DNA of 63,356 nucleotides, the filler included, from Basidiobolus ranarum (lineage: Eukaryota): NCBI GenBank assembly GCA_040143965.1. It is 55 parts of 55 records of this genome, joined end to end, with 100 filler letters (N's around TTAATTAATTAA, not from the genome) between each part and the next. Parts side by side here need not be neighbours in the genome. Positions count along the whole stretch, not along the records: positions 60,011 to 61,059 come from JASJQH010013561.1; positions 61,160 to 62,208 come from JASJQH010013562.1; positions 62,309 to 63,356 come from JASJQH010013563.1; 52 more parts are not named here. One strand, written 5' to 3'. Each line of letters opens with the position of its first letter. The stretch's first letter is position 1. The notes below the pieces were generated by a model that did not search any database, had not been told where the DNA came from, and was given only the letters and a program-made list of their open reading frames with translations. Below, piece after piece: positions 60,461 through 63,356 of the stretch. The position numbers and the translations under genes were made by a program.

Positions 60461-60973
60461 ATGCATAGCTTTGGCGCTCGAGAGAGCCAAGTAAACCTGG
60501 AGGAACCCTTACCAACGTTCCCCAATAATCATCACTTTTTACATAAAACACCACACGGACAGAGGGTCAATTCTTTCAAAGAGAGACCAAAAAGTTGTCC
60601 AACTTTTGACCGAAAACCCCCCAAGTATTTCCAAGGTACGATGGAGTTTCTGCTTCTGAAGTTCATTCGAATTTTTTATCTAGAAATTCACAGACGAACT
60701 AACCCACTGTTTTCTTTCAGATGCACATAATCAGCAACCAAAGACTCGTGAAAAGCAAAAATGAAGTTGGGAAAGCACTACACAAGCAAATTCCCAAAAA
60801 GAGAATCAGAGTAATCAAAAGTCGAATTTTAAGCGAAAAAATACCTCAAAAGACAAAAAAACTTTTCGCAAAGCTAAACCAACGTAAGTGATACCCCCTC
60901 GTATATCTGATCACCCAATGTTTTATAAGCTTGTCAGATGTCCAACCCGAACTAAAACCCTTTCACTTTACAG
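60461..60973 (+). other. Possible intron-containing host gene or pseudogene, product unknown
   Basis: Intron 60636-60720 (GTACGA, ACTAAC, TTTCAG); second donor GTAAGT at 60884 with acceptor TTACAG at 60973; CpG retained. Confidence 0.4.
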
Positions 60974-61159
60974 CCGCCTTAGTCAAGGATTTTTGAGCCT
61001 AAGCTTCCAAATGTATTTTGTATACAATGTTCTATACATTTTGCTACGTTCTTGCAATTNNNNNNNNNNNNNNNNNNNNNNNNNNNNNNNNNNNNNNNNN
61101 NNNTTAATTAATTAANNNNNNNNNNNNNNNNNNNNNNNNNNNNNNNNNNNNNNNNNNNN

Positions 61160-62208
61160 AAATATCCTGTTGTAGATCACCTGTCTTCAATATCTCTTAC
61201 CCTATTTGCATCTGAATATCCCATCAGACCAAAGTTTGATCCAGAATATGTGTATTTTATGCATAGTCCACAGTACCTTTCAAATATCTGAAAATCCACT
61301 TAACTGATATGATTTGATCAGATCAATAATTTTGAAGATATTGGCACATAGCTCCCACAAAATATGCTATATCTGGCCATGTTCCAATCATAATATGCGT
61401 CAAACTACCAACCATAGATTGATAACAAATTTTCTGGCTTTCATTTGAATCCAAAAATGTCTGCTTTGAGCCATTTTTGGTAAAGTTAAGATTTGTCTCC
61501 GTTGGGGTATATACTGGATCACATTCTTCCCTTTTAAGCTTCTTTAGTATATCTAGAATAAACTTAGACTGGTTTAAAATTACTGTTTTGGTAGTTCTAT
61601 TTATCCTAATTTAGATTCCAAGATAGTATGTCAGTTCCCCAAGATCAGTCATTTTGAATTTGGCAGATAAGCTGTATTTGGTTTCCTCCAAGTCTTCAAG
61701 TCATTGGTTGCTATAACAAGGCCATCCACATATAGGGCTAATAGAAGTGGGTTTGTTTTATCTGGCCTGAAGTAGGTACTATATTCACAATTATTCTTTT
61801 GCAATTTGAGTGTTTCCAAAAAAGTGTCTATCATGCTATTTAAAGCTCTTGCGGATTGTTTTAAGCCATAGAGAGTTTTCTGGAGTCTGCACACTTTTTT
61901 AGGGTTTCTGGGTCCACAAATCTATCTGGCTGGTCCATATAGTTCTCCTCAGCAAGTTCACCATTCAAAAAGGCAGTTTTAGCATCCATTTGATGTATCA
62001 TAAACTGATATTTAGCTGAAATTGCTAGAATTAATCTAACTGAATCAAACTTTGCAACAGGAGCAAAAGTTTCTGTATAATCTATTCCTAGTGCTTGGGT
62101 ATAGCCTTTGGCTACCAGTCTATCCTTGTACCTTTCTATATTGCCATCAGAGTTGTATTTAACTTCAAACACCCATTGGCAGCCAATTGATTTTCTATCA
62201 TCAGGTAA
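61160..62208 (-). mobile_element. Copia A reverse transcriptase
   Basis: GIDYTETFAPVAK, LYGLKQS, LYVDG, GYSDA. Confidence 0.94.
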
Positions 62209-62369
62209 NNNNNNNNNNNNNNNNNNNNNNNNNNNNNNNNNNNNNNNNNNNNTTAATTAATTAANNNNNNNNNNNNNNNNNNNNNNNNNNNNNNNNNNNN
62301 NNNNNNNNAGTTAGGGCAGGCTGATAGGTCTAGCATTAGATTATGACAATAAATAGACTGTTTCTCCAG

Positions 62370-63180
62370 CCAGTGTTTCCAACACTTTGTAAAGTGTCAG
62401 TTGAGGTTGGAGAGCAGCAAGTTTTACTTGGTGGTGTTTTGGCTTGTTGAGAGGTGCCAGATGCTGGATACACTTCCAAATTTAGCACTCTTCTAGCTGG
62501 TGTACTTGGTTCCATTGTAGAATTAAGCCTTTTAGTCAGTATATCTGCTTGTTTATCTGACTCTGGAAATACAGATCTTTGCAATTGTCTTATGAATTTG
62601 GCAAGTGGGAAAATAGTCCTAAGCTCACTGGCTCCTTTGCTTTTCCTGCTCCTGGAGTACTATGTCAGCTGCTTTTCTTTTTTTTCCAAGTCACTAATTG
62701 CCTACATTTTTGAGATGTTCCATGAATAGGACTACACTAGCCCAATTGTCCTTTGCTTGCAAAAACCCACAATAAGCCACATGAAATAAGTCAAGAACCT
62801 TTGGAGTAATGCCCGGTTTTTGATTTTCCTACAATTGGCTCAAATTGAGGTGATTTCAAGCAGGATACTCCACAGTATCCAAAATGTAAATCCACTCATC
62901 ATCAGAGCAAGTGAAAGCTGCTCTGACATTCAGAGTCTTTTGGAATGCTAGTTTTCCTAAGAGATTTATATTCCCATGTGCCCAAGCAATTTTGAATTGC
63001 TATGTATGCTTAATGGTCTGACAAATATTGTGCTCTGCTAGATTAATATGGTGACATATACATGTATGGTGTGGGATTGTTTGAAATCCTGAATAAAAAT
63101 GGATGGAGGGAGCAGCATGTTGCTGTAGCCTAGGTACAGCATTGTGAAGATCTTATATTGTTGTTGAGTGACTCACTAAC
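62370..63180 (-). mobile_element. CACTA ORF2 central part, bridging the N- and C-terminal fragments
   Basis: 63116-63173 matches 49508-49564; 62370-62640 matches 8905-9167. Confidence 0.83.
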
Positions 63181-63195
63181 TATCAGTGAATATTC

Positions 63196-63356
63196 ATGGA
63201 AGTCCTGGTAAAATATGAAGGTATCTTGACATTTTCAAGCATTTTTGCAATTGATTCAAACTTTGATCCTATCTCAAATGGCTCATTCATATTGAACTTT
63301 CCACCCTATAGCTGAGTAAGTAGTATTGGAATGTTGTCAAATAATAAGTGCATAGT
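63196..63356 (-). mobile_element. CACTA transposase fragment (rearranged relative to ORF2)
   Basis: Collinear with 11634-11794. Confidence 0.8.

Overview
This window is not contiguous DNA. It is an artificial concatenation of 55 short contigs, sorted by decreasing length (1059 to 1048 bp) and joined by 54 identical 100-nt linkers (44 N + TTAATTAATTAA + 44 N). Adjacency across a linker has no biological meaning. The source is an AT-rich, repeat-laden eukaryote, very likely a fungus (an early-diverging lineage is my unverified guess). Most contigs are decayed, nested, CpG-depleted transposon fragments: at least four Ty1/Copia families (two with identified LTRs and a half-tRNAi-Met primer site), Ty3/Gypsy RNase H and integrase scraps, a high-copy CACTA/EnSpm (Tnp2) DNA transposon that can be pieced together across contigs (CCCTAACA termini, two divergent ORFs), a PIF/Harbinger-ISL2EU-type element with a divergent unknown ORF2, and related MITEs. 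A few CpG-retaining contigs carry host genes: a bacterial-type CAP/SCP protein, a secreted Cys-rich protein, a tandem pair of WrbA/Pst2-like flavodoxin genes, and a long modular metallothionein-like ORF missed by the ORF track. Family labels (A, B, D, E, etc.) are my own. All family calls come from motif recognition by eye; no database search was run.
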